From an uncultured bacterium (GTDB lineage: Bacteria > Verrucomicrobiota > Verrucomicrobiia > Verrucomicrobiales > V1-33): DNA of 64,000 bases. Made by a program: the position numbers and the translations under genes. How positions within the stretch are numbered: position 1 is the first letter of the stretch; each line of letters starts with the position of its first letter. The DNA lies in the NCBI GenBank assembly GCA_903936775.1, contig CAIZWU010000118.1:7952-71951 (forward strand), read 5' to 3'. Of the stretch, positions 10,871 to 20,599 are shown piece by piece. Under the pieces are notes generated by a model. It did not search any database and was not told where the DNA came from. It saw only the letters and a list, made by a program, of their open reading frames with translations.

Positions 10871-11118
10871 GTGTTTAAGAACGAGCCCGCGAACGAGGAT
10901 TGGCACCGTTTTGATTATGAAATGCGTAAATAAGCACAAGCATTACAGTTTACCCTTGTGAAATTCAATAATTTTGATACATGCAAGGAATTACATAAAA
11001 TTTCATGGAGAGAGCCCGGGTGATTCAGTGGCTAAATCCAGACCCTGGTTCTGCCAACGTGCGGTTCTGAAGAAAACAATCCCCACATCATTTTCAAACC
11101 AACCCACCACTCAACCCC

Positions 11119-11913
11119 ATGGAAATGGAAGCCAATCTTGTCGAACGCGTGGCCCGTGAGCACGAAGCCCACACCGAGCGCGATGTCCTCGCCGAAAGCA
11201 TCCGGCTGAAAAACAAATTTCCCCATCTCGGGGTCTATCCCTCCAAACAGCGGCTTTATGCCACCATGGACCGCCATACCGCGGATCTCCGGGGCAAAAC
11301 GATCCTCGACTACGGCTGCGGCCGGGGCGAAATGGCGATGAAGTATCTCCGGAATGGAGCGGACAAGGTAGCCGCCATCGATATTTCCGAAGTGTATGTG
11401 GAGGATCTCCGGCAGCAGGCGGAAGCGGCAGGCATTTCCAAAGCGCGCTGCGACTTCCGGGCGATGGATGCCCATCGCTTGGATTTTCCCGATGCCTCCT
11501 TTGATCTCATTGTCGGCTACGGCATTCTGCATCACCTCGACCCCCGGATTGCCTTCCAGGAGATCTACCGGGTGTTGAAGCCCCAGGGTCGGGTATTGCT
11601 CCAGGAGCCTTTGGCGGATAACCCGCTGCTCAAACTCTTCCGCAAGTCCACTCCCCATGCCCGCACCGAGGACGAGGCACCCTTCACGGCGGCACAGGTC
11701 CGGTCATTTGAGAGCCAACTCGCCTGGCGCACGGAGTCGGTCTACTGCGGGGTGGTGGAAATGCCGGTTTCGCTCGTGACCTCCAAACTGATGCCCTCCC
11801 ACCCGGAAAATCTGTTCCTGCGCATGGCGGACAAGGTGGAGAGCTGGCTGCACCGCCACCGGCTCCTCCTCGGTTGGAATCAATACATCGTCTTCAATCT
11901 GGTCCGGGCGTAA
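11119..11913 (+). CDS. class I SAM-dependent methyltransferase
   Basis: Motif I ILDYGCGRGE, post-I AIDIS, and the Methyltransf_11-like block FDLIVGYGILHHL..RVLKPQGRVLL. Confidence 0.8.
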   Translation: MEMEANLVERVAREHEAHTERDVLAESIRLKNKFPHLGVYPSKQRLYATMDRHTADLRGKTILDYGCGRGEMAMKYLRNGADKVAAIDISEVYVEDLRQQAEAAGISKARCDFRAMDAHRLDFPDASFDLIVGYGILHHLDPRIAFQEIYRVLKPQGRVLLQEPLADNPLLKLFRKSTPHARTEDEAPFTAAQVRSFESQLAWRTESVYCGVVEMPVSLVTSKLMPSHPENLFLRMADKVESWLHRHRLLLGWNQYIVFNLVRA

Positions 11914-12022
11914 CCAGGGACCCGCGGGCAAAATGGCCGCATACCAGCTCTATCGGTGAGACGAAACCAGTGGAGTTTACGGCAAAGCGTGATCGATTAT
12001 CACCACTTTAGTAATTTCTAGA

Positions 12023-13411
12023 ATGACTCACGCTGCCGCTGCCCAGTCCCGCACTCGTGCCATGGGCTTGGCCGTGGTGAGCTCCCTGGTGTCGAAAGGG
12101 GGGACGGCACTGCTCATGCTGGTGTCGATTCCCTTGGCCTTCAAGGTGTTGGGGGAAGAACGCTTTGGGGTTTATGGGGTCGTGCAGACCATGATGTGGT
12201 TCATCACCATGTCGGATTTGGGGATGGGGCCCGGGATCACCCGGCGCATCGCCGGAGCGGTCGCCCGGGGGGATCGGGAGGAAGAAACGGCGGCGGTGGC
12301 GTGCGGGTTTTTCATCACCCTCGGCTTCGCGCTGGTGTCGGCGGGGCTTTTTGCCACCCTGATGCTGACGGTGCCGGTGACGACTTTGTTCGGGGACGGT
12401 TTTGCACCGGTGGCGGATGAATTGACGCGGAATTTGTGGCTGTCGGGCCTGATGTTCCTTGCGATGCTGGTAGTGAACATGCTGGAGCGGAGCCGGGAAG
12501 GGTATCAGGAAATCCACATCGGGAATGCCTTTGGGGCGGCCCAGAATCTGATCGCGGCCGCGCTATTGTTTTTCGGGGTGCAGCACTGGCCGACCGTCAC
12601 GTTTTTGCTTTTGTCAATCTATGGGGTGCAAGCGGTGATGATGACCGCGAATGCCGGTTTTCTGATCTGGCAGCGCCCGTGGCTCTGGCCCCGCTGGGGC
12701 CGGATGCAGGGCGGACTGGCCAGGCAAATGATCGTCGAGGGTTTGGCGCTCTTTGTCGCGGGCAGTGTGGCTCCAATTTTTCAACGGGAGGGCACCAAGT
12801 GGTTGCTGGGGCAGATGGAGGGCCCGGGAGCCGTAGGGCGTTATACCATCATGATCCAGCTCGGGTTTTTCCTGTATGGATTCGTTTTCATGCTGAGCCG
12901 TCCCCTCTGGCCGGCGGTGGCGGATGCGGTGGCGCGGGGGGATCTGGACTGGGTGCGGGCGGCGCGGACGCGGATGCGGGCGTGGTTTCTGCCGCTGGCG
13001 GGGTTGACGGTGGGGGGATTCACGGTGCTGGGACCTTGGGTGACCGACCATTGGCTGGGGAAACATGTGGAGCTGGGGCGGAGTGATTTTGCCCTCTTCA
13101 GTCTGTCCTTTGTGCTGATGGTGTGGTCCCACCTCCACTATGTCCTGTTGGCAGGCAGCGGGGTGATCCGGCGTCCGGCTCTGGTGTTGGCACTGGAAAC
13201 CGTGGCAGTGCTGTTGCTGGCCTCCTTTGGGATTCATCACTACGGACTGTCCGGCGCCCTTGCGGGGAATGCGGTGGGAGTGCTGTTGTTTTCGGCCTGG
13301 CTGCTGCCGGGCATGTTGAGGAAATCCCTGCGTCCCACCGGTCCCGGGGGGCAGCGGGAAACCGGGGACTTTCCTGGGGTGGGAGGCGTGGCCCCGCAGA
13401 CACCGGGATGA
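12023..13411 (+). CDS. polysaccharide/oligosaccharide flippase (Wzx-like, MOP superfamily)
   Basis: 462 aa and roughly 12-14 hydrophobic segments. It sits in a glycan-gene context, and its stop overlaps the next start (ATGA at 13408-13411). Confidence 0.65.
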   Translation: MTHAAAAQSRTRAMGLAVVSSLVSKGGTALLMLVSIPLAFKVLGEERFGVYGVVQTMMWFITMSDLGMGPGITRRIAGAVARGDREEETAAVACGFFITLGFALVSAGLFATLMLTVPVTTLFGDGFAPVADELTRNLWLSGLMFLAMLVVNMLERSREGYQEIHIGNAFGAAQNLIAAALLFFGVQHWPTVTFLLLSIYGVQAVMMTANAGFLIWQRPWLWPRWGRMQGGLARQMIVEGLALFVAGSVAPIFQREGTKWLLGQMEGPGAVGRYTIMIQLGFFLYGFVFMLSRPLWPAVADAVARGDLDWVRAARTRMRAWFLPLAGLTVGGFTVLGPWVTDHWLGKHVELGRSDFALFSLSFVLMVWSHLHYVLLAGSGVIRRPALVLALETVAVLLLASFGIHHYGLSGALAGNAVGVLLFSAWLLPGMLRKSLRPTGPGGQRETGDFPGVGGVAPQTPG

Positions 13412-14730
13412 ATGTCCGCCTGCCATTGCAGATTGCGGTTTGGGTCTATGGTCTTTCCTGGGCCTTCGACTACCGTGCGGCGGCGGATTCCGGCGGGTCC
13501 CCGGTCCAGTATGTTTTTTTCGCCATCACCCTGGCGAGCGCCGCGGTGGTGGTGATGTTGGGTTTCCGCCGGCTCTTTGCGCTCCCCATGGGGTGGGTCA
13601 CCCTCGGCTGGATGGCTTATATGGCTTCCACTCTGGTGGTGGCGTTATTGAACCACGTGGAGTTCACCTGGTATTTCCGGAATGCCATCCCGCCGCTGCT
13701 GCTGCTCACCAGCCTGTGCGTCACCCAAGTCGCGGCAGCCAGCGGATTGTCCTGGCGGGATGTGTTGTGGCCCCTGCTCATTGCCAGCGTGGTGAATGTC
13801 CTCTGGCGGATTTTCTACGCGCTCTTTGTGGCGGGCATCCCGATTGAACTCGTCCGGGTGGAATTACTGAGCCCCTGCCTGCCCTTCCTGATGGGGTATC
13901 TTTTTTGTGCCCTCATGCTGAGCCGGCGGATGCCATGGCTGGCGATTTTTATCGGGGCGGTGGGGACGATGTCCTACGTGCTCAGTGTCACGCGGTCAGC
14001 CGTGCTGATTCTGGGGGCGGCGGGATTCGGGGCGCTGGTGGCCTTGTGGCTGGCGAGGCGCGAGGGTGTTTTGCCCCGGGGGTTCGGCAATGTAAAACTG
14101 GCGCACTTCCTCGTGATGATCGGATTGCTGACCGGCACCGCCGGAGTGACGGCGGTGGCTTTTCCCCTGGTGGTCGAGCGGTGGGCGGAGCGGCTTTTCA
14201 ATGCAGCGGGTGCCGAGTCCTCTTCGGCCGATCCCAGCGCGCTGACCCGTTATGCCGAGACCAGGGCTTTTTACGATTTGCTCAGCGAGGAACCGATGAC
14301 CTGGATCTACGGGCGCGGGCTCGGCGCGCCGTATTATTGGGACGAAAGCTACGCGGTGGAATTGGCACAATACACCTACGGCAATGAGGATCTCTTCCGG
14401 GCCGAAAGCCGCGATATCCGGTTCCCCGGGCACTCTATCTGGACCTACGCCGTCTTCTCGGGCGGAGTGATTGGGGGCCTGTTTTATGTGGGATTGTTTG
14501 CCGTGGCGGTCGGGATGTCCCTGCACTCGACCCAACTGTTGCGCCAGGTCAGGGATTATCCGGTGGAGGTGGCTTTTTTGCCGTTCATCGTGCTGATGGC
14601 TTTCCTGAGCCAGAGCCTGACGTTCAATCCCTTCATCGAGCGTTGTGGCGGACTGGTGCTGGGAATAGTGATCGGATTTCCCCAATTTTTGTATCATCAC
14701 GCCTGGTGCCAGACCCGGCACCGCCCGTGA
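13408..14730 (+). CDS. O-antigen ligase / polymerase-like integral membrane protein
   Basis: Track ORF 13123..14730 trimmed to ATG 13408 (MNVRLPLQIAVWVYGLSW). Polytopic, with a Wzy_C-like segment SYVLSVTRSAVLILGAAGFGAL and a large periplasmic loop. Confidence 0.55.
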   Translation: MNVRLPLQIAVWVYGLSWAFDYRAAADSGGSPVQYVFFAITLASAAVVVMLGFRRLFALPMGWVTLGWMAYMASTLVVALLNHVEFTWYFRNAIPPLLLLTSLCVTQVAAASGLSWRDVLWPLLIASVVNVLWRIFYALFVAGIPIELVRVELLSPCLPFLMGYLFCALMLSRRMPWLAIFIGAVGTMSYVLSVTRSAVLILGAAGFGALVALWLARREGVLPRGFGNVKLAHFLVMIGLLTGTAGVTAVAFPLVVERWAERLFNAAGAESSSADPSALTRYAETRAFYDLLSEEPMTWIYGRGLGAPYYWDESYAVELAQYTYGNEDLFRAESRDIRFPGHSIWTYAVFSGGVIGGLFYVGLFAVAVGMSLHSTQLLRQVRDYPVEVAFLPFIVLMAFLSQSLTFNPFIERCGGLVLGIVIGFPQFLYHHAWCQTRHRP

Positions 14731-14737
14731 CCGGGGT

Positions 14738-17700
14738 TCAGCGTACCACGTAACCTGCTTCATCTGCGATCCAGCCGGGGGGCAAGGCATCTGTCAGCAG
14801 TCCAGGCAAGAGCCGCCCCGGGCTGTCATGGCGATGGCCGGTCTGGGGCTCTGCGGTGCGGGTCGCCAAGGGAGGATCGGGGAGGCTCACGGCCACCAGC
14901 AGGCCCGCCGCCTCATGTGTCAGACCCTCACAGGTCAGGGCGCCGGTAGCAGCGGCAAGGGCCGTCGCGGTGGAGTCCGCCATGGCCTCGCCGGAAGCCG
15001 TCCAGTGCAGGAAAATGCGGAGGGAAGTCCCCGGGACGGTCAACGCGGCCGCAAGGGCCGGTCCTCCGAGGGCGAGGGTGGGTTTATACTCCGCCAGCCA
15101 CGCGGCACCGGCGCGGGGGTCCTTGGTTTCCGGAGTCATGATCAGCGTCAGGCCACGTCCGAGACACGACCATAGCAGCGCCTGTCCGCCGGCGGAAGCG
15201 AGGGGGTAGCAGCTCAAAATCACGTCGGATTGCCGCAGGAGATCCGTGGCCCGCAGCATCTCTGTCTGCGCCAGCACAGTGTGATCGGTGAGTTGGGTCA
15301 ACGTCAGCGATCCGTCAGGACCGCAGGAAATCCATCCCAGTCCGTCCTCTCCGGCCCGCCACTCCACTCTGAGGCGGCGGACGCTTTCTGTGGCGAGGGC
15401 GGCAAAGCCGAAGTCTCCCAGCACCCGGAGATCATCCAATTCCTCCATCTCCGCCTGCAGGTCGAGAAAGTGATCCGGCCAGGGCGCGTCCGCATGGGCG
15501 GCCCGCAGCGAGGTGTGGGACACCGCACTGCCAATTTTTTCCCGGATCAGAAACGCCGCCAGCTCCGGTGTGCCCAGCAGGCCAGGCGGCAACAACACCG
15601 GCACTTTGCCGGCCAGCTTGAGGGCCAGCATTACCAGCACCGCGGCGGCTCCGTCCGGCAGGACCACCAGCACCCGGCCGAGGGTAAAGGGTTCCCAGCG
15701 CCGCGCGAGGTGCATCGCCTGGGCAAACAGCGTGCCGCGGCTCAACCGGCGGCCGGGGTCACCCCGCACCTCCGCATCCGCCAGCGCGAGGCGCCAGGGG
15801 GCCTGACACAACCCTTCGGCCATGGCCAGACGCAGCGTGCGGTTTACTTCCGGGCGTGCGTGCAGGCCCTCCGCTGCGAGCCGCCGGAACGCATCCCGGG
15901 CGTGGTCGGCACTGACTTCAGCCGGAAGCATCGGCTCGCCCCATACTGCCGTCAGATGCGCCGGAAAATGGTGCGGCCATTTGGAGAAAAACCGCCCGCC
16001 TTCAAACGAGAAAATGGACCCCCATAACGCATCCAGGTAAACCGGCACCACCGGCGCCCCGGCCCGCCGGGCAATCAATACGAAGCCTTTCCTGACTTCA
16101 TTCATGAACCCCGTCCTGGTGACCTGGCCCTCTGCGAAAATGCACACCAGGTTCCCCGCCTTGATCGTCTCCGCCATGGTCAGGATCGCATCCTTGGCCC
16201 GCTTTTCCGAAATCGGCACTACCCCAAACAACCTCATGAACCGCGCGAGGAACGGGTTCTTGAAAAATTCGTCGAACACCGTGAACACCACCTCGCGGTC
16301 ACAGGTGGCTGACAGGACGAGGGCATCCACATAACTGACGTGATTGCAGATCAGCAGCGCCCCGCCGGTTTCCGGCAACCGTCCGGCATGCAGGCTCCGC
16401 GTCCGGTAAAGCACCCGGATCAATCCCAGTACCGTAAAACGCAAAAAGCTCTGCGGGATGATCCGCAGCACATAAACTGAAGTCGCGAGGCAGAGCACTC
16501 CGAGCATGGCAAACTGCCACAAGACCGGCACCCCCAGCTTCATCCAGATCCATTGCAGGGTGATCGCGATCATCATCGCCAGCGCATCCAGCAAGCCCGC
16601 CGCCGACAGCATCCGGCCGCGCACCCGGGGCACCAACAGGTCCTGCAAATACGCATTCAACGGCACCAGGAACACCGCGCTGGCTCCTCCCACCCAGAAC
16701 ATCAGACCCCGGAACATCAGGCCCGCCGGGTCCACTGCCAGCGTCGCCACCGCGCCCGCCGCCATGCCCAGCCCGCCCAGCGGCACCAGGCCCAGCTCGA
16801 TCTTTTCCGCCGACAGCCACGCCGTCAGCATACAGCCCGCGGCCACCCCGGCTCCGACGAACGCAAACAACATCCCGCTCCGCTCCGCCTGGGACGCTTC
16901 ATTCGGTTCGATCTGCGTCGCCAGCTGGATCAGCATCAGCGTCAGCATCACCGAGGAAAACCAGAAGTAGGAAACTCCCAGCGCCGTCAGCCGCAGCTTC
17001 TTCACCCGCAGCAGTTCCCCGAGGTGGTGGAAATGTTCCACCATCATCCCGCGGCGGAACGGCTCATCGGTATGCGAATTCGTTTCCTTCATCTGCAGCG
17101 ATAGGATGACCATCAGCAGCGAGAACAGCGCCATCACCAGCACCGTCCAGCAGGCGGCCATCCCCGCATCCGGCGGCTGGCCGGTTTCATAAAAATGCTC
17201 AAAAATCTTCCCCCCGACCCACTGCCCGCTGACAAACGCCAGGATGGCCGACATCTGCACCCATCCCGAAGCCATCCCGATAAAACGTTCCCCTACATAC
17301 TCCTTCACGATCCCGCCTTTGGCCGGCTGCAGCACCGCCGCCTGCAGCGCCAGCAGGAAAAAGAGCGCCGTCGCCGTCCAGAACCAATCCAAGGCAAATG
17401 CCCCGGCACACAACAGCAGCAACACCACCTGCGCCACGCTGGACCAGAGCACCACCTGACTCTTCCGGTAACGGTCCGAGACCCACCCCGCCACCGGCGC
17501 AAAAAACAACAGCGGCACCACCAGCAGCGCCGAGACAATGTGCGGATACCGTTCGCTGGCCGCCTTGTCCAAAAACACCTTGGCCATGCCCAGCAGGGTG
17601 AACTGGGCCACCTTGTCATTGAAGGCATTCTGCGTCTGCACCACCAGCAGCCGCCAGAGCGAGCCCCAATCCGGCCGCTGCACCGCGGCACCAGGGCCGG

Positions 17701-17746
17701 ACATATTCCCGGAAGCGGGCAAAGTGGAAATCGCGGAGTCAGGCAT
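14738..17746 (-). CDS. tri-domain fusion: LplT-like MFS transporter, PlsC-type acyltransferase and a degenerate, truncated AMP-binding (Aas-like) domain
   Basis: 1002 aa. The N-terminal ~420 aa are polytopic MFS. The middle carries the HX4D acyltransferase motif (LICNHVSYVDALVL) and FAEGQVTRTG. The C-terminal ~400 aa align by eye to the N-terminal subdomain of acyl-ACP synthetases, but the P-loop reads SCGPDGSLT and the protein ends at DEAGYVVR. Confidence 0.7.
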   Translation of the reverse strand: MPDSAISTLPASGNMSGPGAAVQRPDWGSLWRLLVVQTQNAFNDKVAQFTLLGMAKVFLDKAASERYPHIVSALLVVPLLFFAPVAGWVSDRYRKSQVVLWSSVAQVVLLLLCAGAFALDWFWTATALFFLLALQAAVLQPAKGGIVKEYVGERFIGMASGWVQMSAILAFVSGQWVGGKIFEHFYETGQPPDAGMAACWTVLVMALFSLLMVILSLQMKETNSHTDEPFRRGMMVEHFHHLGELLRVKKLRLTALGVSYFWFSSVMLTLMLIQLATQIEPNEASQAERSGMLFAFVGAGVAAGCMLTAWLSAEKIELGLVPLGGLGMAAGAVATLAVDPAGLMFRGLMFWVGGASAVFLVPLNAYLQDLLVPRVRGRMLSAAGLLDALAMMIAITLQWIWMKLGVPVLWQFAMLGVLCLATSVYVLRIIPQSFLRFTVLGLIRVLYRTRSLHAGRLPETGGALLICNHVSYVDALVLSATCDREVVFTVFDEFFKNPFLARFMRLFGVVPISEKRAKDAILTMAETIKAGNLVCIFAEGQVTRTGFMNEVRKGFVLIARRAGAPVVPVYLDALWGSIFSFEGGRFFSKWPHHFPAHLTAVWGEPMLPAEVSADHARDAFRRLAAEGLHARPEVNRTLRLAMAEGLCQAPWRLALADAEVRGDPGRRLSRGTLFAQAMHLARRWEPFTLGRVLVVLPDGAAAVLVMLALKLAGKVPVLLPPGLLGTPELAAFLIREKIGSAVSHTSLRAAHADAPWPDHFLDLQAEMEELDDLRVLGDFGFAALATESVRRLRVEWRAGEDGLGWISCGPDGSLTLTQLTDHTVLAQTEMLRATDLLRQSDVILSCYPLASAGGQALLWSCLGRGLTLIMTPETKDPRAGAAWLAEYKPTLALGGPALAAALTVPGTSLRIFLHWTASGEAMADSTATALAAATGALTCEGLTHEAAGLLVAVSLPDPPLATRTAEPQTGHRHDSPGRLLPGLLTDALPPGWIADEAGYVVR

Positions 17747-17839
17747 GCAGAAGAATAGGGCTGCATTTTCACCCCGCGCCGCCAGGGAAGCAAGAGCCGG
17801 AAGCAGGGCCTTGTGCCGAGTGCGGCATCCCTTTCATGC

Positions 17840-19213
17840 TTACGGAAGCCGGGCTCCGGGACTGGTTTTCAGGGGAGATACAAAGCGGCCGTCTGGCATG
17901 ACCGGCACGTCGTCCACACCATCTTCCCCGATCACAAAAACCGTCCCGCTGGGGGCGTCCCAACGAACTGGCTTCGCTTCGTAAGGATCAAGGGGCACGC
18001 CGGGTAGATAGTCCGGCACCAACTCCTGCAGGCTGCCGGGCCGGTGGCCTTGATGGGCGAGCGACCAGCGTTTTGCCGCCACGGCAGTCAGGCAACAGCG
18101 CCGGACCGCTTCGAAGGCGAAAAACCAGGATTCATCGTCCAGCAATCGAAGGGCAGCCGTACTGGCCAGCACCCGTCCGGTGCGGTTGGGCTCCACGCTG
18201 ATGAATGAAAGTTTGCTCTCGAGTTTGAGGACCGTATACAAATCCGCCACCTTTTGCCGGCCTTTCGGGCCTTCCAGAAAAATCACCTCTCCCAGCTGCG
18301 AGTAAATGTCAGTGAAGAGATTCTGCTCGGCTCCCTGCTTGTAGCGCATTCTGATCCACCAGGCGGGAGGCATGGGATCGTCGCAGCACGCCGAAAAAAA
18401 GGCCATGGGATCAGCTTGCCTGCCTGAGTGAAACAAAGGCTGTGCACGGTCTTCCATCTGCTGCCAGTAATCGCGCGCCACCAACTGAAGGAACTCTTTC
18501 TGATGGAAACCAGAACCCGTGAATATGGCTTGCGCCTCCGCCAAATCCTCAGCGGAGGCGGGGTATATGGCCAGTAGATGAAAGACGAGGAAATCCGTTT
18601 GCGCCAAAAAATACATCGCGAGTTTGGAGCGGTCAGGGGTGCCTGCTACGGCCCAATACCGTAGGGCCATGTTCCTTGCTTCCGTAATCCAACGCCGCGC
18701 GTCCATGGCCTTGTTTTGGCGGGCAAGATCCATAGCTTTTGCGAGGAAAATGTTGGTTACCGCCTTAAAATCGTCTCCACCATACCACAGGGAAAAATCT
18801 TCCTCTGGAGACCATGGGGATGGGCGGTCAGCCCGCGGAGAGGCAGGCCCTGTAGGTTTTTGCAGGGATTGCTGCACCATCTGTCTTGCGGCGGGCGCGG
18901 CATCCACCAAGGGCTGCATGATTTCCTGATCCCATGCAGCCCGGAGTCCGAGGATTTCCTTCTGCTGTTTTTGATGGGTCCAGTCACCCCGAGGTCGGCG
19001 CATGGACGCAACGCCTTCCAAGAGAAGCTCCAATCCGTTTTCCTCTGGCTGGTAAACTACCGTTTCCGTCCTCGCTAAAAACCCTTCCGGCGCCCGGACG
19101 GTTTCATCCCTGATGAGCTGCACCCAGCCCAGCCACCCCAAAAACAAAGCCAATCCGGTCCAGAATGAAACCTTGACCCAGCGGGGCAGGGGAGACGGTC
19201 TGTCTGACGGCAT
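17840..19213 (-). CDS. hypothetical membrane-anchored protein
   Basis: 457-aa ORF with one N-terminal hydrophobic helix (VSFWTGLALFLGWLGWVQLI). No family recognised. Confidence 0.4.
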   Translation of the reverse strand: MPSDRPSPLPRWVKVSFWTGLALFLGWLGWVQLIRDETVRAPEGFLARTETVVYQPEENGLELLLEGVASMRRPRGDWTHQKQQKEILGLRAAWDQEIMQPLVDAAPAARQMVQQSLQKPTGPASPRADRPSPWSPEEDFSLWYGGDDFKAVTNIFLAKAMDLARQNKAMDARRWITEARNMALRYWAVAGTPDRSKLAMYFLAQTDFLVFHLLAIYPASAEDLAEAQAIFTGSGFHQKEFLQLVARDYWQQMEDRAQPLFHSGRQADPMAFFSACCDDPMPPAWWIRMRYKQGAEQNLFTDIYSQLGEVIFLEGPKGRQKVADLYTVLKLESKLSFISVEPNRTGRVLASTAALRLLDDESWFFAFEAVRRCCLTAVAAKRWSLAHQGHRPGSLQELVPDYLPGVPLDPYEAKPVRWDAPSGTVFVIGEDGVDDVPVMPDGRFVSPLKTSPGARLP

Positions 19214-19310
19214 GTCGCCACGCTAACCACCAGGCGGGCCGCAGGCGAGAAAAAAGCGGCCGGGAAATTTCTTTGAGCCCCGGGCGCGGAGCGATGCGAG
19301 TGCCGGTCGC

Positions 19311-19769
19311 TTACGCCGCCGTGACCTGCCAAGTGTGGATGACGGGATTGACGATGTCCTTCACAAACCGGTCGGCGTGGACGGCGGCACCGGATTCCCC
19401 GAAGAGATAGACCCGGTGGTTGATCTTCAGGCTGGTGATGGCGAAGGCCGCGCCGGGGGTGCTGTGATGGTGCGCAAGGATGGTTTCCTTCTCGTGGTCG
19501 AGGGCGCCGGCTTTCATGCCGTAGTCGAGGAAAAAGGCGTAGCCGTCGAGGGCAGGGGCATCGCCGGTGCGCAGCTCGTGGCTGACGGGGTCGGCGAGGA
19601 CTTTGGTGAGGAAGGCCACGAGGGCGGCTTCATCGCCGGTGTAGTCCACCGTGTAGCGCCGGGTGTGGCGCGCGGTGAGCTGGGCCGCGAGCGGCGTGTA
19701 GAGCAGGGCGTTGGCGTCCCCGGCGTGGTCGAAGCGACCGATGACTTCAGCTTGCAAGCGCATGTTCAA
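19311..19769 (-). CDS. tandem PurS-like protein (FGAM synthase PurS subunit-like)
   Basis: 152 aa, immediately downstream of and overlapping purC. Each half ends in a PurS-like C-terminal block (LVAFLTKVLADPVSHE and ADRFVKDIVNPVIHTWQV; compare LLANxVIEDY in PurS). Confidence 0.45.
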   Translation of the reverse strand: MNMRLQAEVIGRFDHAGDANALLYTPLAAQLTARHTRRYTVDYTGDEAALVAFLTKVLADPVSHELRTGDAPALDGYAFFLDYGMKAGALDHEKETILAHHHSTPGAAFAITSLKINHRVYLFGESGAAVHADRFVKDIVNPVIHTWQVTAA

Positions 19770-20463
19770 CCCGGGTGAGAACTTCGTTATAACCTTCGAC
19801 GAGATCGCCGAGATCCTGACGGAAACGATCCTTGTCCAGCTTCTTGCCGGTCTCGCTGTCCCAGAGACGGCAGGTGTCCGGGCTGATTTCGTCGGCGAGG
19901 ACGATGTTGTGTTTGTTTGGATAGAGGCGGCCGAATTCGAGTTTGAAATCCACGAGGGTCAGGTTGGCCTTGGCGAAGAAATTGGTGAGGGTCCGGTTGA
20001 TCTTGAGGGCGGAGCGTTTGATTTTTTCCATCTCATCGCCGCGGGCGAGGGCCAGCTCGCGGATGTGCTCGTCGTTGATCATGGGATCGCCCAGTTCGTC
20101 GCTCTTGTAGTAGCACTCGATGATGGGCTGGCGCAGTTTGTGGCCTTCCTTCAGGCCGGTGCGTTTGATGAGGGAGCCGGCGACCACGTTCCGGATCACC
20201 ACCTCGATGGGGATGATCTCCACGCGCTTCACAATCAGGGTGTTCTCGGTGTCATCGCGGACGAAGTGGGTGGCCACGCTGTCGCGTTCCAGCAGTTCGT
20301 AGAGGTGGAGGGAGAGGCGTTTATTGAGGGCTCCCTTTTTGGCGAAGCTCTCTTTTTTCGCGCCATTGAAGGCGGTCGCGTCGTCCTTGAACTCCATCAG
20401 AAGTTCGTTCGGGTCCTCGGTGGTGAAGAGCCGTTTTGCCTTGCCTTCGTAGATGAGTGACAT
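19747..20463 (-). CDS. purC: phosphoribosylaminoimidazole-succinocarboxamide (SAICAR) synthase
   Basis: Trimmed to ATG 20463 (MSLIYEGKAKRLF). Also has IPIEVVIRN, LADEISPDTCRLWD and the typical ~238 aa length. Confidence 0.95.
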   Translation of the reverse strand: MSLIYEGKAKRLFTTEDPNELLMEFKDDATAFNGAKKESFAKKGALNKRLSLHLYELLERDSVATHFVRDDTENTLIVKRVEIIPIEVVIRNVVAGSLIKRTGLKEGHKLRQPIIECYYKSDELGDPMINDEHIRELALARGDEMEKIKRSALKINRTLTNFFAKANLTLVDFKLEFGRLYPNKHNIVLADEISPDTCRLWDSETGKKLDKDRFRQDLGDLVEGYNEVLTRVEHALAS

Positions 20464-20599
20464 GCCGGGGAGGGGGAGGGTGGGAGGTGGAAAATCGAGC
20501 GGAAAGGCTTGCACTAGGCCCCGGCTTGGCATGAGTCAAGGCGAGATGCCTTCGCCCACTCCGACCCCATCCTGCCTGTCGTCGCTCGCCCGCACCGCC

